Positions 17,157 through 25,543 of a DNA stretch of 39,074 bases are shown here, piece after piece (position 1 is the stretch's first letter; the number at the start of each line of letters is the position of its first letter). Below the pieces are notes generated by a model. That model searched no databases and had not been told where the DNA came from. It saw nothing but the letters and a program-made list of their open reading frames with translations. The DNA is from a virus (Duplodnaviria; Caudoviricetes): IMG/VR virus record IMGVR_UViG_3300037467_000878, positions 1-39,074 of that record. One strand, written 5' to 3'. The translations under genes and the position numbers were made by a program.

Positions 17157-17402
17157 TCAGGTCGGAGGCGCTTCCACCGACACCAGAGCGCTCGGCTGAG
17201 CCGGACAGGTCCGCTCGAGGAAGACGTTGAGATTGTTCCCGGTCAGGCCGCCGAGGTTTCCTGAGATCCGGTCCGTGTGACCGCAGCGCGGATCGGAGGC
17301 GATCTGCTGGACGGCGGAGACAAGGTCGGAGCCCCCGGACACGCTCGCACAACCCCCAAGGGCTCCAGCGATCACCAGAAGGGCGGGAAGGATGGGTTTC
17401 AT
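17157..17402 (-). CDS. Lipoprotein (o-spanin-like position)
   Basis: Signal II peptide with lipobox LGGC; last gene of lysis cassette. Confidence 0.7.
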   Translation of the reverse strand: MKPILPALLVIAGALGGCASVSGGSDLVSAVQQIASDPRCGHTDRISGNLGGLTGNNLNVFLERTCPAQPSALVSVEAPPT

Positions 17403-17415
17403 CGAAGGTCTCCGT

Positions 17416-17541
17416 TCAGGGCATGGCCCGGTCGATCCAGGAGGAGATCACCCGTCCGGCGGCGAACACGCCCAGCACCGACACGAGCGTCATCAACGTT
17501 CCGCCCACGACCACGCCAAGGCCGAAGACGAGGAGGGTCAC
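17416..17541 (-). CDS. 41-aa membrane protein (holin/spanin candidate)
   Basis: GTGA overlap with endolysin stop; nearly all hydrophobic. Confidence 0.5.
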   Translation of the reverse strand: MTLLVFGLGVVVGGTLMTLVSVLGVFAAGRVISSWIDRAMP

Positions 17542-17972
17542 AGGGGCGCCTCCCCCGTTTCCATCATGTGGGCCAGGCGATGGGCTCGGGCGCCTGTCTG
17601 TCGCGCCCAGCGGCTGTCCAGCATCCCCGCGGCGACCTTGGGCCAATCGTGAGCCTGGATGGCCGCCAGCGTGTTCCTGAACCCCAAGAGGCCATGGATG
17701 CCGAGGTTGAAGCACATGTTGATCAGGGCGCGCTGGCGGACCGCATCGAGGTCGCGCCACCACGGAAGGAACTTATCCAGCTCCGACTTCACGCGGGAGA
17801 CGTCGTTGGCCAGGAGGTGGTCGATCTCCTCGTCCGAGAGGCCCCCGCCTTTGCGCTCGTCGATCAGCCGGCCGACCCCGATAGTCCAGAGCCCGCGGCT
17901 GTCTTGGTAGGCGTGCCTGACGACCCCTTCGTCCCGACGCAATTCGGCGAGGAGCGTGCGGTCGGTGTTCAT
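17538..17972 (-). CDS. Endolysin, T4-lysozyme-like muramidase (GH24)
   Basis: DEG...YQDSRGLWTIGVG (E-x8-D-x5-T); NMCFNLG; DSRWARQ. Confidence 0.93.
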   Translation of the reverse strand: MNTDRTLLAELRRDEGVVRHAYQDSRGLWTIGVGRLIDERKGGGLSDEEIDHLLANDVSRVKSELDKFLPWWRDLDAVRQRALINMCFNLGIHGLLGFRNTLAAIQAHDWPKVAAGMLDSRWARQTGARAHRLAHMMETGEAPL

Positions 17973-18397
17973 CGGTTCGTGTCCTCGGACGTCAAGGTCG
18001 TGAAGCCCGCTCGAGTGGTCACGAGGTTACCCAGCTGCCGTTCGATGACGCTGATGGATCGGCTGACGCCCTCCAGCTTCTCGCGGCTGTGCTTGCCGTC
18101 GATCTCGATGGTGGTCGTCAGGCGGGTGATCTGCTCCTTCATGCCCGCCACAGCCGCCACGGCGACCTCAGTGGCCGTCAGGCGCTGGTCGAGGAGCGGG
18201 ACCTTGTCAGCCAGGACCGCAACTTCCTCGACGCGCCCCTCCACCTTCTCCAGGGTTGAGGCCACGTTCTTCATGGCCTCGTCCGAGCGGCCGATGAATC
18301 GACCGATGATGAACAGGTTGACGGCCGACCCGCCGAGAACAGTGAGGATCGAAATCCCGATACCAATCCAGGGGGTGATGTCGACGGCGGCGGCCAT
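17969..18397 (-). CDS. TM + coiled-coil lysis-associated (holin-like) protein
   Basis: N-terminal TM then heptads; directly upstream of endolysin. Confidence 0.6.
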   Translation of the reverse strand: MAAAVDITPWIGIGISILTVLGGSAVNLFIIGRFIGRSDEAMKNVASTLEKVEGRVEEVAVLADKVPLLDQRLTATEVAVAAVAGMKEQITRLTTTIEIDGKHSREKLEGVSRSISVIERQLGNLVTTRAGFTTLTSEDTNR

Positions 18398-18648
18398 GCG
18401 CGGCTCCTTGGTACGCTAGGGGCGGTCGGGCTGGCAGGCGCCAGGTGCTCTGGGCAGGAATTGGGTTGCACGGTCTGTCCTCATTGGAGCGCCCACCCCT
18501 TCTTGACTCGAACACTTGACTGGCAGCGAAGCCTGCTCGCCTCCCCCATGGCGCCGAACTGCACCCTTCAACTCGCCCCATAGGTGCGACGGCTTGACTC
18601 TAGCGTAGCCAGGCCATCCCGTGCGCGCGGGGAAGCACGGAGGGATCG

Positions 18649-19215
18649 ATGAAAGCCTTGGCAATAGCGACGGCGTGTGCGGCTTTGGCTCTGCCAGCCC
18701 ACGCGGTGACGTACCTGACATTTGATAGTGATGCTGGCGCGCTTACGACGATGTGGCCGGCTGCCAGCTGGATCGAGGGCGATTGGGAGATCGCCAGATA
18801 CAATGGATCAACGCTGCTCGATGTGGACGTTGAAAACGACGCCCTGCAGATGCACGCAGGTGACACATATGCCTTCTACCATCGTCACAACGGCAACCTC
18901 AGTGGGGCTTGGCTCTTCCAGGCCTTCGACGCAGACGGAGGGGGCTCCATCTGGCGGCGATCCAAGACCGGCGAGGCCGAGATCGCCGCGCTAGACGCCG
19001 CCCCTGGGTTCGAGCGCTTCACGTTCAACGAGCGCCACACAGCCGGGAGCCTGTTCCGCATCCGCAGCACTGCGGACGCGAGCGTGGACAGCATTCTGCT
19101 GTCCGTCGTGCCAGAGCCCGCGGCCTGGGGGGTCATGGTTCTCGGCCTGCTAGTCGCCGGCGCCTGGGTGCGTCGCCGCGCCTACGAGGTCCCGTCCCAG
19201 CCGCCCGCCGTGTAG
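18649..19215 (+). CDS. Secreted PEP-CTERM (PEPxxW-type) surface protein
   Basis: Signal peptide MKALAIATACAALALPAHA; C-terminal VPEPAAW + TM helix + RRR; SD GGAGGG. Confidence 0.88.
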   Translation: MKALAIATACAALALPAHAVTYLTFDSDAGALTTMWPAASWIEGDWEIARYNGSTLLDVDVENDALQMHAGDTYAFYHRHNGNLSGAWLFQAFDADGGGSIWRRSKTGEAEIAALDAAPGFERFTFNERHTAGSLFRIRSTADASVDSILLSVVPEPAAWGVMVLGLLVAGAWVRRRAYEVPSQPPAV

Positions 19216-21116
19216 CCCACGCCCTGTGGCGCGTACGTCGTCGAGGGCGCGGTCATCGCGTTGATGCTGGCGATAAGCGCCAAGCCGTTCGCGCTGGCGC
19301 GGTCGTAGACCGTGTTGCTGCCCGAGTTCCAGAACGTCAGTGAATTGTTGGTCGGGGCCGCGCCGACGCCGATATTGCCGGTGATCGGACCGTTGTCGGC
19401 GAGCGGCAGGGTGTTCTCCACCGCGAACACCAAGTCGCCCAGCACCCCACCATCCAGCGTGTTGTTCGAGGCTTGCAGCCCCATTTCGTCGCCGCCCTGC
19501 CAGCGTAGCGCAGCGAGCGAACCGTAGCCACTGGCCTGGAAGGTGTTGTTGCGCACGATGCAGCTTGGCTGGCCATAGGTGGCCGTGTTGTAGGCGTTGT
19601 CCCGCTCGCTGGTGAGCGGTCGGCCGGTGTCTCGGATCAGGTTGCCTTCGATCAGCACGTTGTACTTGCAGCAATAGAGCGTGATACCATTGCCGTGCAG
19701 GTCGTTGACGTGCTCGATCAAGTTCCCAGCGACTGTGACATTGCGCACGGCGTCGCTCGTGCCGGTGGCGATCACCCGAACATTAGAGCCGTGGATATAT
19801 TGGAAGTTGTTGTACTTGACGATCGCACCGGAGCCGGTTCCGATCTGCACCGCCGAGCCGATCACCTGCCGCTGGTAGGTGTTGAAGTACCGCTGCGCAT
19901 GGGCGCAGTCGTCATAGGCCTGCTGGCGGCTCTTGGGGCCGATGCTGCCGAAGCCGGGGAAGAGGCACCGTTGAATGCGAATGGTGGTGGTGTCGATGGT
20001 GCTCGCCGCGCTCAGCGAGTTGCCCCCGCCCGCGCCCGTGGCGTTGGCCACGGTGTTGCTGCAGGACATGCCGCAGATCTTGAAGCCGTGCAGCCAGACG
20101 TTGTTCGCGGCGAACTGCAGGCCAGACTTGCCCTGCCCCCGGTAGAGCTGCTCGTTCGAGACCGGCCATTCCACCAGCCAGCCCGCAGCCGGGTTGATGG
20201 CATATTGCTTGGACCCGGAGATCGCCTTCGGCACGTTGACGATGCGGAACTTGTAGTCGCTGGCCAGGGTGTAGTTCGCCGAACTGCTGTCCAGCGTGTT
20301 GCCGTCGATGACCTTGATGTAGGCCCCGGCGCTGTTCAGCGTGCCATCCTGGTCGCAGCGCCCCATGCGCGCCGTGAACCACACGTTCGGCGAGATCCGC
20401 ATGATCAGCACCGGCACGCAGTTGCTGTCCAGCGCGCCGGTCAGCGTCCCGGCCGTCAGGCCCATGGAGGTTTCGGCCGCCGCCAGGTTGATGCGCGGGG
20501 CCGAGACGCCGGCCGAGAACACCGGGCTCGACTCGTTGATCCCCGAGTACCACCACACGTCGGCGAGCGAGGTGTTCGGGCAGAACTGGTTCCAGTCGAA
20601 GGCGTCGTCGTTGGCGAGCTGGGGATAGCCAGCCAGGTAGCGCACCTCGCGGTCGGCGCCGGCGTAGAGGCAGTGCAGGTAGTCGTCTGGATCGACGCCG
20701 CCCAGGCCCGCGCTGATGGTGGCCCGCCGCATCGACGCCCAGTTGGTGTTGCCCAGGGCGTTGGCCTGGCTGGTGCAGGCCGCCGCGGTGAGCGCCACCG
20801 AGCCGTCGATAATGGCCTGCCCCCAGCTCGGATCGTTGCCGACATAGACGATGGGGTATTTCGATGCGCCCGCGCGCAGGAGCTGCCCGAAGTTGGCCGT
20901 CGAACTGTGCCAAGTGCCCTTGCAGACCACGCGATAGCCGAAGGTGACGCGGGTATCCCCGACCGAGAGGCCTGGCATGGTGTTGTAGGGCGAGGCCTGG
21001 GTGCCGGCGCCGTTCACCCCGGCGTCGAAATCCACATAAATCGTGGCGAGCGGCGTCGGCAGCTTGCCGGCTTCGGCCAAGGTCTGGCGCATCCGCCACG
21101 GCATCTGGAAGGTCAT
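19182..21116 (-). CDS. Tailspike / right-handed beta-helix depolymerase-like receptor-binding protein
   Basis: IYVDFDAG..GAGTQASPY N-cap; Asn-ladder repeats (NVTVAGNLIE, NVLIEGNLIR, IVRNNTF). Confidence 0.8.
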   Translation of the reverse strand: MTFQMPWRMRQTLAEAGKLPTPLATIYVDFDAGVNGAGTQASPYNTMPGLSVGDTRVTFGYRVVCKGTWHSSTANFGQLLRAGASKYPIVYVGNDPSWGQAIIDGSVALTAAACTSQANALGNTNWASMRRATISAGLGGVDPDDYLHCLYAGADREVRYLAGYPQLANDDAFDWNQFCPNTSLADVWWYSGINESSPVFSAGVSAPRINLAAAETSMGLTAGTLTGALDSNCVPVLIMRISPNVWFTARMGRCDQDGTLNSAGAYIKVIDGNTLDSSSANYTLASDYKFRIVNVPKAISGSKQYAINPAAGWLVEWPVSNEQLYRGQGKSGLQFAANNVWLHGFKICGMSCSNTVANATGAGGGNSLSAASTIDTTTIRIQRCLFPGFGSIGPKSRQQAYDDCAHAQRYFNTYQRQVIGSAVQIGTGSGAIVKYNNFQYIHGSNVRVIATGTSDAVRNVTVAGNLIEHVNDLHGNGITLYCCKYNVLIEGNLIRDTGRPLTSERDNAYNTATYGQPSCIVRNNTFQASGYGSLAALRWQGGDEMGLQASNNTLDGGVLGDLVFAVENTLPLADNGPITGNIGVGAAPTNNSLTFWNSGSNTVYDRASANGLALIASINAMTAPSTTYAPQGVGYTAGGWDGTS

Positions 21117-22210
21117 CAGCTGTTATCCCCGGCGACGCGAACCATGGTGAGGATGCCGTAGCGCTGGTTGGAGCCGCCGCTCTCGGTGATGGTGTAGTCC
21201 GCGTTGAAGGTGCTGGCCGTCGCCACCGCCTTGCTCTGCACCGCGCCCCAGGCCAGCGAACTGGTGGCGCGCGTTCCGGGCCACAGGTCCAGTTCCTTGG
21301 TCCAGCCCGTTCCGGCCGTGAAGACGTTGGTCCCCGTGAAAGTGGTCCACTGGCCGTTCACGAACGCGATGCACAGGCGCTTCGCCACGGCGGTGGACAC
21401 CGAGAAGGTGTAGCCGGCCGCGTCGGTGACACTGGTGCTCTGCGTGACATCCCCGGACGCAGGCGCGGCGATTTGGGTGTTGCCGATGGCGATGGCCGAG
21501 GCCGTGGTACGCGTGGAGTTGGTGGAGGCGCTGCGCGTGTAGGAGACCGTCAGACCCGTGCCGGTGGGAACGTCGTTGCCCCACAACGCCCAAATCTCCG
21601 TTCGCGTCGTCCGCGTGGCCGTGTCGGCGAACACATAGCTGGTCACCAGTGTCAGAGGGATGCCTTCGATCGTCACGGAGTTGAATGATGGATCGGTCGC
21701 GCCCGAGCTGTACTGCGCGTGGAGCGACAGGAGCAGGCCCCGGCGCGTGACATTCGAGATGTCCATCGTGAAGGAGTAGGCGGTCGCCGCCGTGTTGGCG
21801 GCGGAGTTGTAGCCCCCCGCGCCGATGATCGACGCATCCGCCGCTGGGATCGACGACATCGGCCCGAAACCGGTCGTCGCCGTGGCCACGGTCACGCCGC
21901 CCGCGCCTGTGGCCTCTTCTTTCACCCACAGATAGTCGCCATCCGAGATCCCCGACACAGGTGTCGAGGTTGAGGTAGTCCAGTCCAGGTAGACGACCTC
22001 CGGGGAGGTCGGCGCGATGGCGTCGCCCTTGACGATCTTGTAGCGATAGCTCGTCGCCCCGGTCCAAGTGCCCGCGACGATCTCGATTGTGCCGCCTTGG
22101 GTCGTGTCGCCGGTGAGAGACGGCGCGACCGTGTTGACCGGCGCGGCCGGGCCCCCACCCCCGGAGGCCCGGCTTCCCAACGACAGATCAAGCGCAAGCG
22201 ACAAGCTCAT
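21116..22210 (-). CDS. Fibre/spike protein with Ig-like and beta-sandwich domains
   Basis: APVNTVAPSLTG...GTWTG Ig-like repeat; Thr/Ser-rich; Leu-alternating N-terminal peptide. Confidence 0.65.
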   Translation of the reverse strand: MSLSLALDLSLGSRASGGGGPAAPVNTVAPSLTGDTTQGGTIEIVAGTWTGATSYRYKIVKGDAIAPTSPEVVYLDWTTSTSTPVSGISDGDYLWVKEEATGAGGVTVATATTGFGPMSSIPAADASIIGAGGYNSAANTAATAYSFTMDISNVTRRGLLLSLHAQYSSGATDPSFNSVTIEGIPLTLVTSYVFADTATRTTRTEIWALWGNDVPTGTGLTVSYTRSASTNSTRTTASAIAIGNTQIAAPASGDVTQSTSVTDAAGYTFSVSTAVAKRLCIAFVNGQWTTFTGTNVFTAGTGWTKELDLWPGTRATSSLAWGAVQSKAVATASTFNADYTITESGGSNQRYGILTMVRVAGDNS

Positions 22211-22249
22211 GCGGTGTGCTCTTTGGTGGAGGTGTGGTACGGTGTTGCA

Positions 22250-22615
22250 ATGCAGACACCGCGAGAGGTCGTAGACGCTGAGTTCGAGGTGGTCGGGCCG
22301 GTCCGCGTCGACCTGGACGAGCCGTACGAAATCCCGTGGGGCTCGATCTTCTGGTTCTGCGTCTACACCGGCGGCTTCGCCTACGTGGCGGCGGCATCAG
22401 ACGATCCCCTCGCCCATGTGACGATGGTTATCGGCGCGTCGGTTTTCTGGCCGCTTTGTGCGTTTCTCGCGAAACTGCGAGAGCCTCTCTTGCCCGAGCG
22501 GGCTGCTGAGCGAATTCGGCAGCACCTAGTAGGCGGGTGGGAAGCGGCAGAGGCGCGAAAGGCCCAGCGATACTGGACACGGGTGGCGGCGCGACGGGCT
22601 TCACACCGCCGATAG
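22250..22615 (+). CDS. Antisense 2-TM inner-membrane protein (Sie candidate)
   Basis: Two hydrophobic helices; extended -10 TGGTACGGT ends 7 nt before ATG. Confidence 0.65.
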   Translation: MQTPREVVDAEFEVVGPVRVDLDEPYEIPWGSIFWFCVYTGGFAYVAAASDDPLAHVTMVIGASVFWPLCAFLAKLREPLLPERAAERIRQHLVGGWEAAEARKAQRYWTRVAARRASHRR

Positions 22616-24317
22616 AGATGAGGTCCAGAAGGCTCTGGATGTTCTTCGCGGCAATCGCCTTATCAGCCGCCGTGCCCGCCATGCCAACTGGAATCGACAG
22701 GGTCGAGAGACCGCCCGTCTTGATCCCGAGGCCGCCTTGAACCAACGCGGCCAGCCGGCTGTGGAATGGGTCGAAGGCGCTGGCGGCGCGGGCCAGGTTC
22801 TGGGTCGGCGTGCCGCGCACGACTGAGCGCAGCGCGGCGGCCTCGTCATCTGTGAGGTTCCGCATCCGCTGCGGCCCCTTTTTCTTGATCAGGGGCTTGA
22901 GGGCTTGGCGCGTGGCGTTGGGGTTGCCGCCAGTACCCGCCGCGGCGCGATTCAGGTCCGCATCCTCCAAGCGGTCGCTGATGGCCTTGTACTTCTGCAC
23001 CTGCTTGTAGGATTGCCTCGCCTCTGCGAGCGCAGGGTCTTTCGCGGTGGCGATCAGTTGCTCCACCGCATCCAGCATCGCACTGCCAACCGAGCCCTCC
23101 TTGCTGGTGGGGCTCAGCAGTTGCTCGCGCATCTGCGACTTCAGCGTGTTCAGCTTGCCGAGGGTCAGCTCGTCCCGATCAGCCACGCGCCTCAGCTTGG
23201 CGGCCCACTTGGCGCTTTCTGGGTAGAGGTCAGGGTCGGCCTCAGAAACCGCCTTGATGGCCGTGTTCACCGCAGCGTCGGCGTCGGCCTTCGGGAACTT
23301 GTAGGTGGAGGCATCCACCTTGCGCCAGTTGGCGCGGTCGATTTCCTCCAGATCCTCTAGAGTCCTAGGCTTGGGTATCGGCGCGCGCACTGGCTGCACG
23401 TTCGCCGGTCGCGCCGCGCTCAGAGCCGTCATCAGGTTGTTCTCAACGAAACGCTGGGCTTCCTCGCCCTGCAACTTGCGGGGCGCGGTGAGGCCGGGCC
23501 TCCCGCCCTGGAACGTCAGCTGCGGGCCAACGGTGGGCGTTGCGACCTTGTTCATCGCCGCTGCAGCGGGCCGTACCGCCGCCACCGCGGGGGCGCCGGC
23601 CAGACCCAGGACGTCACCGATGAGGCCGAAGTTCGCACCGAGGTCCGACAAGCCCTCCTTGGCGGCGGTGAGCGGACTGACGGGATTGCGGCCGGCGCGA
23701 GAGGTGACGTCCTTGTAGTGGGCGCCGAGGTCGTCCACCAGCGTTCGGAACGGCTGCGCAAAGCCACTGACGGCGAGGTCGCCGAGGCTGGATTGAGGCG
23801 GTACGGCGCCGCCCGGCTGTCTCTGCGGCGGCCTCGGGGTGGTGATCGGAGGAGACTTGGTCCTAGGCTTGAGGTTCAGGGACGCAAGGAGATCGGCGTC
23901 GCTCACCTTGGATAGATCGGCTGCCGGCGCGACCGGAGCGCCGTTCTCGAACTCGCCCATCGCCCCAAGGAGCGCCCGGCGCGTCTCCGCGCTGGTCATG
24001 TCGAGGGGCGCGTTCGGATCCACTCCCATGCGCTGTGCCACATGGGCAGTGTAGGCGGCCGTGTGGTTGCCGTCCGCGGCCGGTGGAGCCCAGCGATTGA
24101 CGACGCCCGAGACGGTGTTGATGCCGTGCTTGGTATGGTAGGCTTGGAGATTGCGGTCGGCCGCGTCCAGGCCCTCCTGCATGGAGGTATAGCGCGCGAA
24201 CGCCCCGTCCTGCCCTGCCGTGCCACGGGCCTTCAGGTTCAGGGGGTTGTTGTTGCGAACCCCGCGCGGCAGCGACGCCAGCAGTTCTTCGTCGGAAACC
24301 TGGCTGAGGTCGGTCAC
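22428..24317 (-). CDS. DNA ejection protein with N-terminal lysozyme-like domain
   Basis: RGVRNNNPLNL...FARY...RWAPP...FENG motif; helical body; position of P22 gp16. Confidence 0.75.
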   Translation of the reverse strand: MTDLSQVSDEELLASLPRGVRNNNPLNLKARGTAGQDGAFARYTSMQEGLDAADRNLQAYHTKHGINTVSGVVNRWAPPAADGNHTAAYTAHVAQRMGVDPNAPLDMTSAETRRALLGAMGEFENGAPVAPAADLSKVSDADLLASLNLKPRTKSPPITTPRPPQRQPGGAVPPQSSLGDLAVSGFAQPFRTLVDDLGAHYKDVTSRAGRNPVSPLTAAKEGLSDLGANFGLIGDVLGLAGAPAVAAVRPAAAAMNKVATPTVGPQLTFQGGRPGLTAPRKLQGEEAQRFVENNLMTALSAARPANVQPVRAPIPKPRTLEDLEEIDRANWRKVDASTYKFPKADADAAVNTAIKAVSEADPDLYPESAKWAAKLRRVADRDELTLGKLNTLKSQMREQLLSPTSKEGSVGSAMLDAVEQLIATAKDPALAEARQSYKQVQKYKAISDRLEDADLNRAAAGTGGNPNATRQALKPLIKKKGPQRMRNLTDDEAAALRSVVRGTPTQNLARAASAFDPFHSRLAALVQGGLGIKTGGLSTLSIPVGMAGTAADKAIAAKNIQSLLDLISIGGVKPVAPPPVSSIAGPFAPLPLPTRLLGAAEFAQQPARAREALAVSRETHKAARKPTRR

Positions 24318-25540
24318 GGGATGAGGCCCCTGCGGCGCGCTTCGGCCATGCGGTCGGCGACCGGTACGCTGCTGAGCGAGCCAGAAGGTCTGGCCGCGAA
24401 ACCGCTGGCGGCCGGCTGGAGACGCTGCGCCTGCCCGGCCGCCCGCGCCGCCCCGGCGTTGATCACCTCCTCCAAGTCGTTCAGCGCCTTGAGATAGCCT
24501 TCCTTGGTCTGTTGCTGACTCAACCGGCCGATGGCATCTGTGGCCTTGCGGCCCTCAACCTCGGTGATCTGGCCGGCGCCCTTCAGGCTTCCAAACGCCT
24601 CGAGGAACACCTTGCCCTTCAGCTGGTCGGCCATGGCCTGGAAATCGGCGCCAGGTGTGCCCGGGAGCGCGGGCAGCGCCGAACGCCAGCCCGTGCGGCT
24701 GTCGAGGCCAGCATGACCTTTCATCTGTTCGATCAGGCTCATCGCCTGTGCCGCGTTGCCGAGGATGCGTGGCGTGTCGATATTCGCCTGAGCGCCTGCC
24801 AAGGCGATGGCCTTGTCCGCCTCGCTCTGGGCGGGGGACGGACCCTGGCCGATGATTGCGCCCCGAGCCCCTAGCGCCGCCGCCGTCTCGTTGGAGATGA
24901 CGATCGGCTTTCCAGTCGGGCCGGTTATGGTCTGGAAGCTGTAGGGCGCCTTGGCGCGTTCCTGCGCGCCAGTCTTGGCCGCCTCGATGCTCGCCGCGGC
25001 ATCGGCATAGCCGGGGACCGCGGCTGCGCCGCCGTCCGTTGTCGGCTGGATGCCCTTGTCGAGGTCCGGGTGATAGCCTCCCAGCGCCGCGCCGGTCTTG
25101 CCGTTGTAGCCGAACCCCCGGTCGAAGCGGACGTCCGGCTGCTGCGCCTTGAGGACGTCGACAACACCCGAGATCGGCACGCCAAGGCGCTGGGCTTCCA
25201 ACACGCGACGGGCCATTTCAGGGCTGTTGATGCTGAGCGGCGCGCGGCCGGGCTTCACCTCCATCTGCGGCGCGAACGCTGCCGAGATGTCCGCGCCCTG
25301 ATCGTTGCCGATCTGCGCCGCGCCAACCGTATCGGGTGTGCCGGCGAGATCCTGCGACAGTTCGTTCAAGAACCCGCCTTGGAGGTCCCGCAGAGCCTTC
25401 TGGCGCTTCATGGCGATCGGGCTGATGCCGAGGACGTTGGCGGCCAGGCGGTCGAGCACGATGTCTCCGACCGAGGCCTTCGGCATCACCACGCCCTGTT
25501 GCGGGTCGTACTTGGCCTTGCTGCGTCCGAACATACCCAT
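24314..25540 (-). CDS. DNA ejection (internal virion) protein
   Basis: Ala/Gly-rich; LKGAGQITEVEG motif; synteny. Confidence 0.7.
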   Translation of the reverse strand: MGMFGRSKAKYDPQQGVVMPKASVGDIVLDRLAANVLGISPIAMKRQKALRDLQGGFLNELSQDLAGTPDTVGAAQIGNDQGADISAAFAPQMEVKPGRAPLSINSPEMARRVLEAQRLGVPISGVVDVLKAQQPDVRFDRGFGYNGKTGAALGGYHPDLDKGIQPTTDGGAAAVPGYADAAASIEAAKTGAQERAKAPYSFQTITGPTGKPIVISNETAAALGARGAIIGQGPSPAQSEADKAIALAGAQANIDTPRILGNAAQAMSLIEQMKGHAGLDSRTGWRSALPALPGTPGADFQAMADQLKGKVFLEAFGSLKGAGQITEVEGRKATDAIGRLSQQQTKEGYLKALNDLEEVINAGAARAAGQAQRLQPAASGFAARPSGSLSSVPVADRMAEARRRGLIP

Positions 25541-25543
25541 GGA

